From positions 21,279,987 to 21,343,986 of the forward strand of contig CM119266.1 in assembly GCA_051294375.1 (NCBI GenBank): a DNA stretch of 64,000 nt, in the 5' to 3' direction. The DNA comes from Paraspadella gotoi (lineage: Eukaryota > Animalia > Chaetognatha). Under the pieces are notes generated by a model. The model worked only from the letters and a program-made list of their open reading frames with translations, made no database searches and was not told where the DNA came from. This document shows positions 1 through 18,820 of this stretch, piece after piece (within the stretch, counting starts at the first letter, position 1; each line of letters begins with the position of its first letter). The translations under genes and the position numbers were made by a program.

Positions 1-228
1 CTTCCTAGATAAACCCATTCCCTCTCTCACTTTCCTACGCACCCTTACCTCTCACTCCCCATTGCCACTCTCATTCCCACACTCCCCTCCCGCCCCCCTC
101 AAACCCCTCAACCTAAGACGCCCGCAGCGTGGAACCTGTCACCGCAGCGAAAACATTACCGTCCGAGATTAAAATGAAAAAACGTCCAAAGAGGAAAAAA
201 AGTTCAAAAAGGTGTGTTGTGAAGATTT

Positions 229-229
<1 letters not shown>

Positions 230-263
<34 letters not shown>

Positions 264-267
264 TCTC

Positions 268-319
<52 letters not shown>

Positions 320-324
320 TCTCG

Positions 325-356
<32 letters not shown>

Positions 357-425
357 AGTACAAGCCTAAAGCTCGCACTTTTGTTTCTCAAATTCAAATT
401 CAAAAATCTCTCTCTCTCTCTCTCC
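230..425. repeat. (CT)n microsatellite, first of many GA/CT tracts (others near 2092-2255, 12781-12910, 19334-19420, 25859-25962, 34550-34920, 49685-50060, 59555-59900)
   Basis: Direct dinucleotide repeat. Confidence 0.95.
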
Positions 426-526
426 CCCCTAACCCATCCCTCCCTCGCTCCCTCCCGCCTTTCATTTCCGGCCCAAAATTGAAGTCAGAAATAAATGATT
501 TGTCAGTTTATTCAATCCAAGCTGCA

Positions 527-665
527 TCATTCGCTCGATGAGCGACCAAATGGATCTTCATCGTCGTCGCTATCATCATCGTTGTCAACCTTCCCCCTCC
601 TCTTCCTCCTCGTACTCCTCCTCCTTCTCCTCCTCCTCATCTGGCGCTGGTAGGCGCGGCCTTGG
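527..665 (-). CDS. Possible terminal exon encoding an acidic C-terminus (needs one frameshift)
   Basis: The minus strand reads PAPDEEEEKEEEYEEEEEG, then in another frame DNDDDSDDDEDPFGRSSSE-stop. It is a GC-richer island in AT-rich flanks. No family recognised. Confidence 0.25.
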
Positions 666-1327
666 GGGCGGGGATAGCAAATAGTTCGCCGTAATGAAGA
701 AACTTCGCCCAAAACAAAATGGAAAAAAAAAGGATTTTTTCAGAGGTTTTTTTTTTCCTTTTTTTTTAAATTGAATAAATCGTTTTTCAAAGAAAACACA
801 ACTAGTTTATAAATATGACAAAATTTAGCTTCGCTCAATTGAAAAAACAAGTAAACTAACTATCACTAAACTCTCGACTGATTAACTTCACCGACAATTT
901 GACATATCAAAGTTTTTTCATCAACTAAAAAAAAAACTTTTTTTTTTGCTCGACTCGAACGCGGAATTGAGCGAGGGAGAAAATGAAAGGTTCGGGCCCG
1001 TAAAGGATTCGAATAAACTCAAAATTGTTTTTTTATTCAGTTTTGAAACGTTTTCTTTCTTTTTTTCTCTTTCCTTTTTTTTTGTCTTACGGTTTTTGGG
1101 TGTCACTCGTCCTCGGGATTCGATTCATGTTTTTTTTTTCTTTCAATCTTCTCTGTCTTTTTGTTTGCGGCGTCGGCGGCAGCGGCGGCGCTGGCTGACG
1201 GCGGCAGCGGCAGCGGGCGACGGCGCCTTAATGACTTTTATTCAAATCCTTCTTCTTCGTCTTCATTTTCATCGGTGGAAAGAGAAAAATCGCTACAAAA
1301 AAAAGGGGGGGGAGATTTTGACGAAGA

Positions 1328-1366
<39 letters not shown>

Positions 1367-2096
1367 GGTGAAGGCTCCCAAAATTTTCGCCAAGAAAGAC
1401 TTAAATTAGGATATGAGGGCATAAGTGAAGAGAGAAAGCGTCATGACAAATTTCTAATAACTATGTAGACGGGAAATCCATATTAAAAATATTAAGAAAT
1501 TCTGATAATGATATAAATTTCAGGGTCTTCGACCTCAAAATAGTTTTCTTTTCTCCAAAGTTGCGAGTCTCATTGCGTGAGTTATTTTTTTCCGTCTGGC
1601 AGCTGCTTTTACTCACCTCTCTAGGGAAAGTCCCCATTTCCTTTGTTCCTGATGGAGAATTCTATAGCACTTTCCTACTTGTCTTTCATCCTCGCTATTT
1701 TTTTTCATTTTTTTTCATTACATCAGTTTATTTAATATATTTTATTGAATAATTTTTCAATGATTTCAATTTACCGTCCTTCATGTTTTCAAATATTTAT
1801 CTATAGTTGTCGTTTATTTTCTCTAAAATCAATATTGAGATTTCTCTCCTTTTATTTTCATTTTCTTTTCATTTTTTTCACTTTCTTCTCTTTCGTCCTT
1901 TTCTTTTTATTTCAATCTTCTCTTCTCCTTTTTTTCCCTGTTCTCTATTCTATATTTTTTGTCTCTTTTTTATTTATCCACGTCGCCTGTGGTTCCCAAA
2001 GGAAAAGAGCAACGCGGCACCAACGAGTTGCCGGAATCCTGAATTTCGGCATTAATGGGGACAATTTGGCCACGAGCTATTGTCACGAATGGAGAG

Positions 2097-2172
<76 letters not shown>

Positions 2173-2182
2173 AGAGAGAGCG

Positions 2183-2234
<52 letters not shown>

Positions 2235-2768
2235 AGAGAAGAGAGAGAGAGAGAGCAGAGAATGTTTGTAAGCTTCTGGTGATTTGAATAACGACAACGT
2301 AAACCTGCATATAGAAAAAGTCGCGGACAGGGCAACAAAACATTGGAAGTCGGAGCCGAAAATTTTGTTTGGATACTTTAAGAAACTTTTAGCCAAGGCC
2401 CCGATTAAGTTGGTTGTTGCATTTTAAAAGTTTAGATGAACCGAATAAAAATATGAGTGTAACAAACATTTTATAATTCAGGCGACAGCAAGATACTCAT
2501 AAAGACGTCACAAATCACCAGTGCCCTTTTGTTCGAACATCAGTTGTTTCTCTTCGCGCCCACTCCATCCTGCGGGAAAAAAGAAAACCATCGTCGTCTT
2601 TGTCGACGGTCGTCGTCGTCGTCGTCGTCTTGTCTTAGACGACGTCAAAACCCAAGACGTCCAGGGAGAGAATGGCGAGATATAAGAAGAAAAGGGAAAA
2701 CATTTGGCGTGAGAGCTGGGAGATTATAAAGAGGGGAGGAACCAGAGGTTTCATTCTCGATTCTCCCC

Positions 2769-2810
<42 letters not shown>

Positions 2811-3835
2811 CTGTCCTCTTTCTCCGTCTACTCACTCTCCTGCTCCTCTCTCTCCTCTCGCCCGTCTTCCACTCTCTCTCTTCACCTTCTTCTTTCTTTC
2901 TCCTTCCGATCAAACAAACAAAAGATAAACAGGAAAATCATCAACAATTTGGACGACCCGAGTTTGCCTTCTTCTGGAGACCGCGGAGCGATAGCTCGGC
3001 CAGGTAGTGTCGCGGTCGCCCGGTCCGCGTCGTCGGTTGTCATCGGGGGGCGCTCACTCCATTATTTCGAAAACAGATGGAAGAAAAAAACGTGAAAAGT
3101 CAGCACGTCGTACANNNNNNNNNNNNNNNNNNNNNNNNNNNNNNNNNNNNNNNNNNNNNNNNNNNNNNNNNNNNNNNNNNNNNNNNNNNNNNNNNNNNNN
3201 NNNNNNNNNNNNNNNNNNNNNNNNNNNNNNNNNNNNNNNNNNNNNNNNNNNNNNNNNNNNNNNNNNNNNNNNNNNNNNNNNNNNNNNNNNNNNNNNNNNN
3301 NNNNNNNNNNNNNNNNNNNNNNNNNNNNNNNNNNNNNNNNNNNNNNNNNNNNNNNNNNNNNNNNNNNNNNNNNNNNNNNNNNNNNNNNNNNNNNNNNAAA
3401 AAAAAGGAAGTTGATTCGGTCGCCCCTTGAGGCGATTCGATAATTTCGGGCCAAACAAAAGACAAACGCAAAATTGATAAACAAAAGATACTTCGCTTCG
3501 TCTGCGAACGGTTTTCAATAAAAATAAAATAAAAATATACATTTAAATATTGAACATGTACTAAATGTGAAATACTAATATGTTATCTGGGTTCACGATT
3601 AAAGCTTTATAGCAAAAAAAAATGTTTCAATCCGGCCTCCACAGAAATATGCCCCGTCTCGGAAGATGTCCCCTGAAAAATGAAACGGGTCAAGAGGGCG
3701 CTATATGGATTAGTTGAGAATTAACTTCCTTCCGCTGAAGTGGGAAAGAGTCGACGCTAGAGTTGGGATCGTGAGAGGTAGGGTCGGGGGTGAGGTGGGT
3801 AAGGACGAGGTGGCTTTTAACGGAGAAAGGGGGGG

Positions 3836-3860
3836 NNNNNNNNNNNNNNNNNNNNNNNNN
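3836..3860. other. 25-N assembly gap (same length at 23142-23166, 44371-44395, 59530-59554; other gaps at 3115-3397, 17428-17437, 17568-17829, 60546-60734)
   Basis: N runs counted directly. Confidence 0.95.
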
Positions 3861-6800
3861 TACGAGATGAGAGCACTGAGACGAGCAGAGAGACAACAGA
3901 GAGAGAGAGATCGCAGAGAGGATGACCGAGACGTGAGAAAGAGAGAGCGGCAGAAGAAAACTCTTGGAGAATTGGAAAGCAGAATGGTTATTGAAGAGGT
4001 TTAGATACTTCTTGGAGAGAAGGGAAGCTTCAGACGGAAGAGGGGAGAAGAGAAGTAAGGATAAAAAAGGAGAGGAGAGCGTAGAGATGGAGGAGAAAGG
4101 AGAAGTACGACGAAGAGAGAGAGTATGACCAGTAATAGTATATATAGATGTTATTTTGTGCTCTATCTGTAAGGATCCATATTTTTTTTACTGTTTCTTT
4201 GTCTGGCGCAACTGTCGGCAGCGCCGCCTGTGCTTCGGCTGTAACCCGACCACGCTATCCCACCTTCGCAGCTTACCTCGTTTTCTCACCAAACACACAC
4301 ACTAAAATCAACGTTTTCTGCTTACTTTTTATTTTTTTGGTAAAACGAAATTCACATTACGCGAATAAATCTACAATAAAGAACTTTCTAAACTTATTTC
4401 ATTATATAAACCTTTGATGAATTTCCCTCTGCCCAGCTTAAGTCCGTCCTCTCGTGAAAGTACTTTATTCGAGAATGTAAGTGAGAATGGACTTTAGGAT
4501 TACAGCATCGGAACCCGCGGTTTTTGTTGATTAACAATTTTACTAGAAAAGTATACACGTATTAAATCCCTGCATTTCTTGAATCTAAAATATTCCTGAA
4601 TCATAGCTTTCTTTAGATTTGTGTCATTTTTTAAAATCATGAATCGTTTTCAATTGTTAATTATTTTATCTTTTTTACATTTTATTGGCATGACTGAAAG
4701 TTAATAACGTCAAACATAATTTGGGTATTAGCTTATTTATTATATTACTAGTTACTTGTTTCGTTCGTCTTTTAATAATCCTATTGATGAGAATCCTTAT
4801 TTGTATCATTAGTGTCTATCCGTTGACACGTTATATAACGAATATTCTAAAATATTATTTGGTCCACGAATTGCATTGCTTTACACATACTAAGCCACAT
4901 ACATAAGCGATAAACAACGCTCGCCATGTCAAAAGTCATACGCAACGACCATGTTCGAATCCGCCGGCAGCATGCGTCGAAATGGCATTGGCGGCATGTC
5001 TGATTTTTGGAGCCAGAGATTGCGTGCCAGAAAGATCGAGCGATGAAAACATTTCGGTAAGGGACAACACGCGGATGGTTTTCGGGTAACGGTCTAGAAG
5101 GGCGACAGAACGAACGAGAAGAAGGGGGTTGAGAAGAGAGAAGATGAGGCAGAAAGAGAGTGGACGAAAACAAAGCGGGAGAACTGACAAGAGAATGAAC
5201 GATGTAGCGCGACAAGAGACCAAAGCTACGAGAAATTGGATGATGGATATTGAGAAAGAACCTGGGACAAATCAAGACACAGGAAGTTGGGATGGAGAAT
5301 ATAACCTAACTGGAAAGGGAAATAAAATGAAAGTTGAAGAAAGACACGAAATCTGAGGCAATGATGTAATCGGAAGAAAAACTAAACAAAAAAAAAAAAA
5401 AACTAAAAGAAAAGTTTCAAATTTGAACAATGTACGGAAACGAGAAGCAAAACGACAAAAAAAAATATAATAAGAAAAGAGTCAGATCGCCGACCTATCG
5501 CAATGCCGAACTTGCGAATTAACAACACGAGCGCGGGATTTTTTCTTTTTTTCATTTTGTTCCATGTCCGGAAATGAGTATCACAGTCTTATTGTTGTTT
5601 GATAACAGAGGCGGGGGATCATGGACCTTAAACCATCTGTTGCCAGCGACCAAGGTATCAAAGCATGTCTAGAATCAAGTGACCAGATTCATATCACGTA
5701 AAGTATACCTCGAAGCATGAGAGTATTCTCCGCAATTCCAGTGCGAAATGTCGGCAGAGACTCGCGCCCCCATGCACTATCTCATTTGATCCCGTCCACT
5801 GAATCGTTCTACTGATTCTTCCAGAGTGACTAATAGATAAGTCTCGAGAGCGAAGAATAGAATAGGGAGCGATATTATAAAATCGTGTGAAGGCCGAAGT
5901 ATAAATAACTGAAACAAATTTTAAACCAAATTTTATTTATAGGTAAATGTCTAATAGACAGTGCCTAATCGTTGAACACCAGCGAGGATTAATCAGAATT
6001 GAGTAACTGTTAAGGTCAAACACGACGTATACTGTAACATGTCTTCACAATAGTAGTATAATTGAAAATGTAGCGACAGGTGACATGATATAATTGTAGT
6101 GTGTATAATTTTAATATTGATGATAAACCTGCGTTAATTTATTCGTCTGAGTGCTAGGTTAGTCACTACGGAATATGTCAGAAAGTAATGTATACAATTT
6201 TGATATACTTTAAGGAATACAAATGTACTTTCGGCGATAAATGTTTGTCAATGTAATATATTATAAATTAGGGAAAACAGATATGTAGAGCGATAATGAC
6301 AAAGAGACGTGAAACCAGGGACAATACGTGAGGCGTAATAATCAATTTGAACAATTGCAGAGTAATTACGAACCATCCAGGAGCCAAGCTCCCAATATGG
6401 GTGCTGACCTTTGATACATCTAGCCTTTTCGTGGATAAATTCTGATAGGTATTACTTATATTTTCCATTGTCATGATTAACGTCATCAAATTTATCGCCC
6501 TCACTTTCCTCGATCATCCAAAGGAAAAAAAAAAATTATAAGTCAGCGAACTAAATAGTGTGTATCTGCAATCTGAAATCCTATATAATTTTTTCATTAC
6601 ACTATCCCTCGTACACCCCTTTGTGGCCTTTTAAAAACTTTCCTATAACTAGTTGATATTTTTCGATCCACTTCATGACTGCAATACTTGATTTATCTAC
6701 ACACATTTAACCCACCATATATCTTCTTTCAACTTCCCTCTCCCCCTTTCCACCCGCATTCCTGATCGGTGCCACCATCACCTTAACAAATTCCCGCTAA

Positions 6801-6914
6801 ATTGTTTATCTCGACATTTGATGCCTCTGTAAAAACGAAGATCCTTGACACTCTCCTCTGATCCCCTCTCCCCTCCCTCACCACTTTCAATACGCATTCT
6901 CTTGCCCCCCCTTT

Positions 6915-7800
6915 ACTCTCTCGTTCCCGATATTCCCCCGGTTATCACCGAGGACGGCAGGGACGGGCGTCCGAGTTTTCCGGTTCTGACGACGACGACG
7001 CACGGCGACAAATCTTGGCGTCAACGTCTCACCGACGACTGCCCCGACGACGAGAGTCCGTTCTTGAGAGGGCGTTGCCGCCGAGGCGGGCCGCCCGGTT
7101 GCGGCACGGGGCGGGTTCATTCCTTCTGCCCGACGGGTTTGCCTGCTTCGCCGCGCCGGAGAAGCGCCGCTTGCGAGTTTCTCGCTGGCGGCGTCCGGGA
7201 GGAGAGAGATGCGGTGCGCATCGCTCCTTCTCTCTCCACGTCGCTGAAAGGTCGGCTCTGGCGGCGGCGGCGGAACGAGGGCGGCGGACGGCGTTCTAGA
7301 GGCGGTGGCTGGTGGCCGGCGGGAGCCGGACGTCCGCAGATCCGACGGCCTGGGCGCCGGCGATTTGACCAAGACTTCCCGGCGCGACGAGGGAGAGCGG
7401 ATACGAGCCCCGCGGCCGGCCGCGGATTTTCGCCAGCGGCGGCTTGCTGCTTTGCTGTTGCGATTTTAAATACTGTCGCCTTTGACGTCTGTTGCTTGCT
7501 GTTGCTTGTTGGATGCTGCACACTAGCGCAGATCGATCGTTTGCAAAACAGCGGATACTGCCCTGCAGGAAAGGATTGTTGGAAATTAGCTGCGGTGCTC
7601 GCGGCGAGGGTGCTGCTGCTGCCTGCCTGCAACTGTTGTTGTTGCTGCGCGCGTTCATTCTCGTCGTGGCGATGGCGTGACTCCCCCCGGTGAAAAGACA
7701 ATAAGGATCAGCGACTCTTGCTGCGTGCTGTTGTGGCGGTGCTGGTTGCTGTAGTGGCTTTTGCTGTTGCTCGTTGCTGGAGAAGTTGTGCGGCAAACAA
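6915..7800 (-). CDS. Probable large exon of a Gln/Ala/Pro-rich low-complexity protein, frameshifted
   Basis: About 900 bp of GC-rich sequence with CAG/CAA runs on the minus strand. Overlapping ORFs 7296-7796, 7117-7701 and 6887-7372 give EQQQKPLQQPAPPQQH, AQQQQQLQAGSSS and ISNNPFLQ. No domain recognised. Confidence 0.45.
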
Positions 7801-10800
7801 TTTTTAGTGCGAGAAAGAAAAACGGAGCCACGCGTCTCCTTTTTCTTTTTTTCAGAATTTACGAAGAAAAAAAAAGATTTTTTTTATCTATGCAAATTTG
7901 GAAAAAGGTGGGGGGTTGAAGGGGGGAAATCTTTTGATCCCAGGATTTGACTATCCTCGCTCTCTATCTTCTCTCCCTCTCTTCCTTTTACGAGATTGTC
8001 CCACGACACTCGTATCTCTCGTTATCGCGGTACTTCGAAGAGACACGTGAATAAGGCACTAGTAGGTGAGAGCAGAAACAATACTATGATTATTGAAATA
8101 CAACAACAACAAAATTAATAAACGTGCTGCGTCGCCTTTTCTTTTCTGATCGATGTACTGTATCGTTCTCTGTATGTTTCGTGGTTACGGGTTATTCTTT
8201 TTTTACGATTTTTTGGTTTCTCTTATTTTAAATAAAATCGGTTTATAGCAGAATCCGTCTGTTCTGAGACACGCTTGCGAGACTTCATTTTCAAGACCTT
8301 ATAGTTTTTCTCTTTAAATTTAGTTTTTTCGTTCTCGTGAACATCAAACAACAAAAAATTGTTCATTCTTAAGAGTGTCGGGGTGTCGAATATGTGTACT
8401 GGGGCTGCGGAGGGGACGTGGAACGGGGCTGGTGGGTGGATCTCGTAAAAAACTTGGCAGCGGTGACGATCTGGCACGTGAGGGGCGTGGGAACAAGACA
8501 TAACGCAGCTCGCACCGTGGACCGTATCTGGGTCGTGGCGGAACGCCGGGGAGAAGGGAAGCTGCGATGGAGCCGGGTCGTTCGAGCCAAAGGAATTTTT
8601 GGTTGTCAAGACAGTGATTCGGCGCCGGGTGTAGATTCGATCTCTGCGAAAGCGGAGGGAGGGATGAGAAGAGAGCAAGTGTGGTGAAGGCGTGGTGCAC
8701 AATGAATTGCAGTAAGAGGGTGTGATTATGTCGGGTCTTATAGAGAGATTTCGGTTGCGGCAGTCAAGTGGATTTATGGGGAAAATAAACACACAAGAAA
8801 AAACAAGGAGAAAATAAGGTAATTAGAAACTTAAATGTAGTTGAGAAGATAATGAGCCAGATGCAGAGATGAGAGATGAAGAGTATGGAGAGAACGATGA
8901 TACGAAGACGAGAGAGGGAATGGATGAAACTAGCAGGGGGTATGAATGGATGAGAGAGGAGAGTGCACGAAAATGAGAAGAAGAAGAGAATCATAGAGAA
9001 CAAAGAATGAGAGCGACGAAGAGCACAAAAGACAGAAAAGAAGGAAATAGAATATAACAGCGCTCAGTGGGTCTACGAGCTTGTTTATATATATATAACC
9101 CACATGATCTAATTCTCACGTCTCCACGATTATTATGTAATTTCCTGTATATAATCTTCTTTATTAATTATTTCTCCTCGCAGTATAAATTCCTCGAATC
9201 TCGACCAGAGGGACGGTCAAGAAGTAGGTATTTAGATCGTATGTTAATCACTAGAATTTGCCAAGTACTGAGGTCTCGTTATCGCAGGTTCTGACTTGAT
9301 TCTAATGCAGCACACAAGGACGAACGAGATGATCTCTCGGTCTGTCATATGTTTATATTCCGCGTCAGGAGGTATGGGGAGGTCAGATCCGTAGATGTGC
9401 GAAGCGGATGAACATCAGACTCCTAGGCATAGCGATTAACCGAACATAATCAGATCGGCTCCGTTCATCAATTCCGGGTCTGAGACGACAAGATGACGAA
9501 TGAGCTGTCTTATGAATGTCTCCATAACGGATTATTACTTTTGTTGTTTCTGGGTCTCGATAGTTCGTCAGAGGTAACTCGGTCTTGGTAAATCCGTCAT
9601 GAATCATGTTCGGGGCTCGGAGGGTTCTCATGTCCGAGGATAGGTCGGTATACGAGAGTGGTCTATTCTCAAACAGACAGTCTAATATGTCGGTGCGCTG
9701 CGCTTTTCTGTAGAGCTTATCACGAGAGAGTCTTGTACGTCCTTCAATCTTATATGAACTAAAAACGATATTACAGCCCAAACAATAAAATACTATCGGC
9801 TCAAAGCTGAGTAGACGTCATCTTCAAATTCTATTACTCTCGCTCTCTGCTCTCCTTGCTTCTCGTCGACTCTATATGTCACGGCTATCCGTCTGTCGTT
9901 ATTCCATATCTCACACCTGATAGTCTTCTCTTACAAATCTCTCTTCTTCTCCTTCTCCTCTCTCTCATCTTACACTTTATATCTGAAGCTAAAAGAGATG
10001 TTTCAATGATGAGCTCTTCCTCAGTATACTTGGTCAATCTCCTCGAACTTTAATTTGATTCTCATCCGGTTTTTTTTTTATTCGGGGATCAAATATCCTC
10101 ACAACTTAAGTTCAAATTTACGCAAAAATACTATTCTCGGCTCGACTTTTTAACAGATTAAAACGCAAGGCGAGAAAGAATATTAAACAATAAAATGAAC
10201 GTAAAACGAAAAAAAAAGTCCTCTCACGCGTTCGAGCGTTGTAGCAATCAGAATAACAAATGCGGCATGATCCAAAATGAAGCAAAGTTCTTAGACATTG
10301 TACTAACATCTACTGCTTTTTAAATGCACTCTCGGTACATGCGGTATTCGTATCTATAACACGTCATGCCGCCATTCGCCAACCGAGTTCAAAATTAGTT
10401 AAACATTTCGGTCTCCTAACATGAACTCGACAGTGCACGTTGTCGTTTGATCGACCATATCTCAAATTCTCTGCGACAATAGCTCGTGCCCATGATTGGT
10501 TATTCTTCAGACAATTCGAAGATATTAAATAGTAAATTTGCAAGCGAATTAAATTCTAGGATTTCTCTCAGGCTTAAATAAGAGTGACTGGTTGACCGTA
10601 ATAGTCGAATTGCGCGAGATGTCTTCTAAAATAAGCTCTCTGATATCTGATCTCCATGGGAACACATAAAGGCAGACTCGGTTAAGAAGAACATATGTAA
10701 ATGAAGTAATGGATTTAGAGACAACCACAAAGATAAGATTAACAAGGAATGATAATATATTACGAGTGATAATAGACAGAGCACAACTAGAAAAAGAAGA

Positions 10801-12469
10801 AACATGAAAGCGAATCGACAAAAGTATGTGAGATGTAACCCACGCAGTGAAACAAAGATCGCCAGTCTAACGATCTAGACAGCTTCAGGAATGCACGAGG
10901 TACAATACGGGATGGAGGAGTATCATACTCTCTAATCAACAGAATCTCTGTATCCAAACTTTTAGGACGTACGAAATATAAATACAGCAGGCACAGGCTA
11001 AACGGATTGAGAAGTATATAATAATATATTCTGGAGAGATACTTATCATGAAAGTATCTGTTGATAACATTAGATCAATGACACGTGGACCAATATATAA
11101 AATTACTCTGATATACGGAGATATATATAATAATAAATACAGCACGCATAGTATTGTATATTCGTATTAATATCAAGAGAGGTAACAAATAAAATAATTA
11201 TAAGCAAGAGTATTGGAAGAGAAAGTAACAAGATAAATGTGTATAAGTGCTATAGAACGTCGTGGGCCATGCACAAGAAGTATACCACATAAGAGGACAA
11301 CGAGGAAGGACGTTTTCGACCTAAAGAATTGGGTTTTACCAAGTAAAAAGACTGATAGCTTGACCAAAGCGGAAAAAGAACTGATAAAAGCATAAAAAAA
11401 CATACTCTTATGACACGCGCACAATGAGAAAAAAGACTAACACAGACAGACATGATTATATAGTGACAGCATAAATACGACTTTTGTTACGAAGACGTTG
11501 CGCACGAGAACATCAGGACGAGAGGAGTATTCATCATAGTAGACTGACGATCCACGGAACTTACCGTAAATAAGACCTTTGTTTTAACGTAACTGGATTG
11601 AATGCTATTCACCCGTCTACAGCAACTAGGTTAATCGAACGGAAACAATGTATGCGTACCACGTACACGCGGGCACTGGAACCGCCTATGGTCTCTCGAC
11701 CAATTACCCTCACGACATGACCGTATGTGGCGATCCGCGCACTTCACGAGATTATGTGACTGCCATAGACCCGGATCCGACTCTGTTTGAACCAGTCCGA
11801 GTCTTCTCTGGATGCGCTATTAGGATGAAGGATAAGGACAGTTTAGTGCTAGTGAACGAGAGCACAGACTCCACTCAAAGCACTACCGTAAGCTTCTGTC
11901 TTGTTTCTGTTTCCGTCTCCGTTCTGATTGACCGTCGTGACAAGGATGAGGAACGAAAGTTTTAATTCTCTACATCTCCTCTCTCTCCCCCTTTCCCTTC
12001 GCTTTTCTTCTATATTTTGATCTCTAGTTGGTCTCGTTTATGTTGTTTTTGTCCTCCTGGTCCTATCCCCTCACTCTCGTCATTCGACTACACATGAAAG
12101 ACCCGGACTGAGATCTTCTCTAAGAAGGTACTGCTGTCGATGAATTATTTGTGTCGAGAGCGGGGGTTGTGCATGACAAATCCAAGCTCGCGCGCGTCTC
12201 GCCACCGCCGAGGGTTTGACGGACGTCGGGGTAGAACAAGCAAGCACTGGAGCACTGAGGCCAGGGGACAAATCGGGGGGGGGAAGTTTGATCCGACGGG
12301 TCGTGAGTTCGAACCCTGCGATTAGAGGAATTGGGGTTTTTTCGGGAACTGGGACTGGGGGGAATTGGTGAGAGCGCGATTAGGGGTCCGGGACGGTGGT
12401 CGGTTAAACTGAGGTGGTCGATTGGATTTGTGAACGTTTATATTTCGTTTTACTTGTTTTCCTTAATAT

Positions 12470-16870
<4,401 letters not shown>

Positions 16871-17377
16871 CTTTTTTTGTCGCATTCTCCGCAAAATCGG
16901 ATAAGAGGAGGGGAAAGATGATAGAGATTGGAAAAAGAATTTTCCGAAGGAGGAAGATGAGGAGGAAGAGGAGGAGGAGGAGAATGTATGCCTTCGTCGA
17001 AACCAAGAGGAGGACGAGAGATACAGAATTCTTTCCTTTCCTTTGGAAAAAAAAATAAAAAGAAAAGAAAGAGAGAAAGAAAAGCTGGTATGAGCTCAGC
17101 ATGTGAATAGGCCATACCCAAGAAGTGGTTTTATATTGAGTACATTTATCTAAAGCCTCCAGCTGCCGCGCGCTTCTTCCTCTCTCCTCCCCCACCCCTA
17201 ACACCCTCGCCCCCACAATTTTACCCCCTCGATTCCGTCGGCTCATGGAATTTCCGGCGGGAAAATGAAAGAAATGGAAAAAAGGGAAACTCGTCTTCGT
17301 ATCGGAATTTGACCGCGATATTTCGTAGAGAATGATTGTTCTCTCTCTTGAATTAAGGAAGCTTTTAATTCTATTTA

Positions 17378-17487
17378 CGACGTTTCATTTAAGGATTTAT
17401 TATTGTTTTATTCGGTCTTCGTGTTAGNNNNNNNNNNCGACGTCTCATTTAAGGATTTATTATTGTTTTATTCTGTCTTCGTGTTAG
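17378..17487. repeat. 50-bp overlap duplicated on either side of a 10-N gap
   Basis: CGACGT(T/C)TCATTTAAGGATTTATTATTGTTTTATTC(G/T)GTCTTCGTGTTAG occurs on both sides of the gap. Confidence 0.9.
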
Positions 17488-17829
17488 TTTTGTCTCTGTC
17501 TCTCTCTCGTTTATTAAATTATTGAATATATAGTATAAGAATTAAGCCTGAGAATTCCTTTTTTTTTNNNNNNNNNNNNNNNNNNNNNNNNNNNNNNNNN
17601 NNNNNNNNNNNNNNNNNNNNNNNNNNNNNNNNNNNNNNNNNNNNNNNNNNNNNNNNNNNNNNNNNNNNNNNNNNNNNNNNNNNNNNNNNNNNNNNNNNNN
17701 NNNNNNNNNNNNNNNNNNNNNNNNNNNNNNNNNNNNNNNNNNNNNNNNNNNNNNNNNNNNNNNNNNNNNNNNNNNNNNNNNNNNNNNNNNNNNNNNNNNN
17801 NNNNNNNNNNNNNNNNNNNNNNNNNNNNN

Positions 17830-17866
<37 letters not shown>

Positions 17867-18789
17867 CCTGGGGAATCGTCTTTCGATGTATCGCGTTTCT
17901 GCGAAAACATTTGGAGAAACAAAGGAGCAGCGAAATAATGAAAAATATTCTTGGTCTCTCTTCGTCTCTACCGGTGCTAATAGAATTAGGTCTAAAAATA
18001 GAAGATGTCGACATTTAACTTCGAGAATAAATACATGCACGTGCGTTGTGTATTAATTTGTCACGGCTTAATGCAGAGAATCGATTCGATTTTAATACGA
18101 ATTTACTATTTATTAAAGATACAAGTTTGTGGTTCAGAAATTTTGACATGTGACTGCCTACGAATTTTGATGAGCAATGATGGAAATTTATATCAAAATT
18201 TAAGAAAAAGGAAGACGAAATTTTTGTATTTATTCTTCTTTTTATTTTCATCGAATTCCCTTTTTTTTTATTCTGAATGATTTTAACAACTTCTTTGTTC
18301 CTAATTTTTATGGTTTTTTCTATTCATATCTTTGTCTTTGAATATTAATCAATAATTACGCTTGACACGTTCGTTTTACCATCTCATTGACATCGCAGCG
18401 CAAACCGCAACCATTGCTCCTCTGGACGTCACGGGTTCGAACCCAATGCTCGATCATCGATTTCCTAGTAATTCATGCTGAAAAAAAAAACGGGGAAAAA
18501 AATTGAAAAGCGAGAGGGAGACGGAAAGAAAGGTATGAGGCTCAATGAATTTTCCCGCGACGCAAATATGGAAATGAGGTTGACGTCCACTCAAGAGAAA
18601 AAAGTGTTTAAATCAAGGAAAAGCGAAAGAGAAAGGATGAGAGCATGCCAGAAAAAAGCCTCATCAAACCATGAGTAAAAAAAAAGAGAAATCACAGAAT
18701 ATAACACCGTGCCGCTAACTGCTGAGCGATGAAGAGGGAGGGGAGAAGGGAGTGTGGGTAGGGGTTAGAGAGAGAGAGAGAGAGAGAAT

Positions 18790-18820
<31 letters not shown>

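Noticed and set aside
129-3007. ORFs rich in SLSL, ERER or RRRR (also at 12683-12941, 25677-26083, 34349-34928, 49511-50155, 59465-60227)
   Set aside because: They are stop-free translations of GA/CT and GAC microsatellites.
3007-3542. ORFs spanning N gaps (also 17514-18014 and 60364-60946)
   Set aside because: They are open only because of the Ns.
6350-6445. VLTFDTSSLFVD, reminiscent of a Penelope RT motif
   Set aside because: It is a single short motif with an immediate stop, no other RT motifs nearby, and noisy surrounding sequence.
12296-12320. B-box-like GAGTTCGAACC (also GGGTTCGAACCC near 18433)
   Set aside because: No cloverleaf or convincing A box, so not called as tRNA genes.
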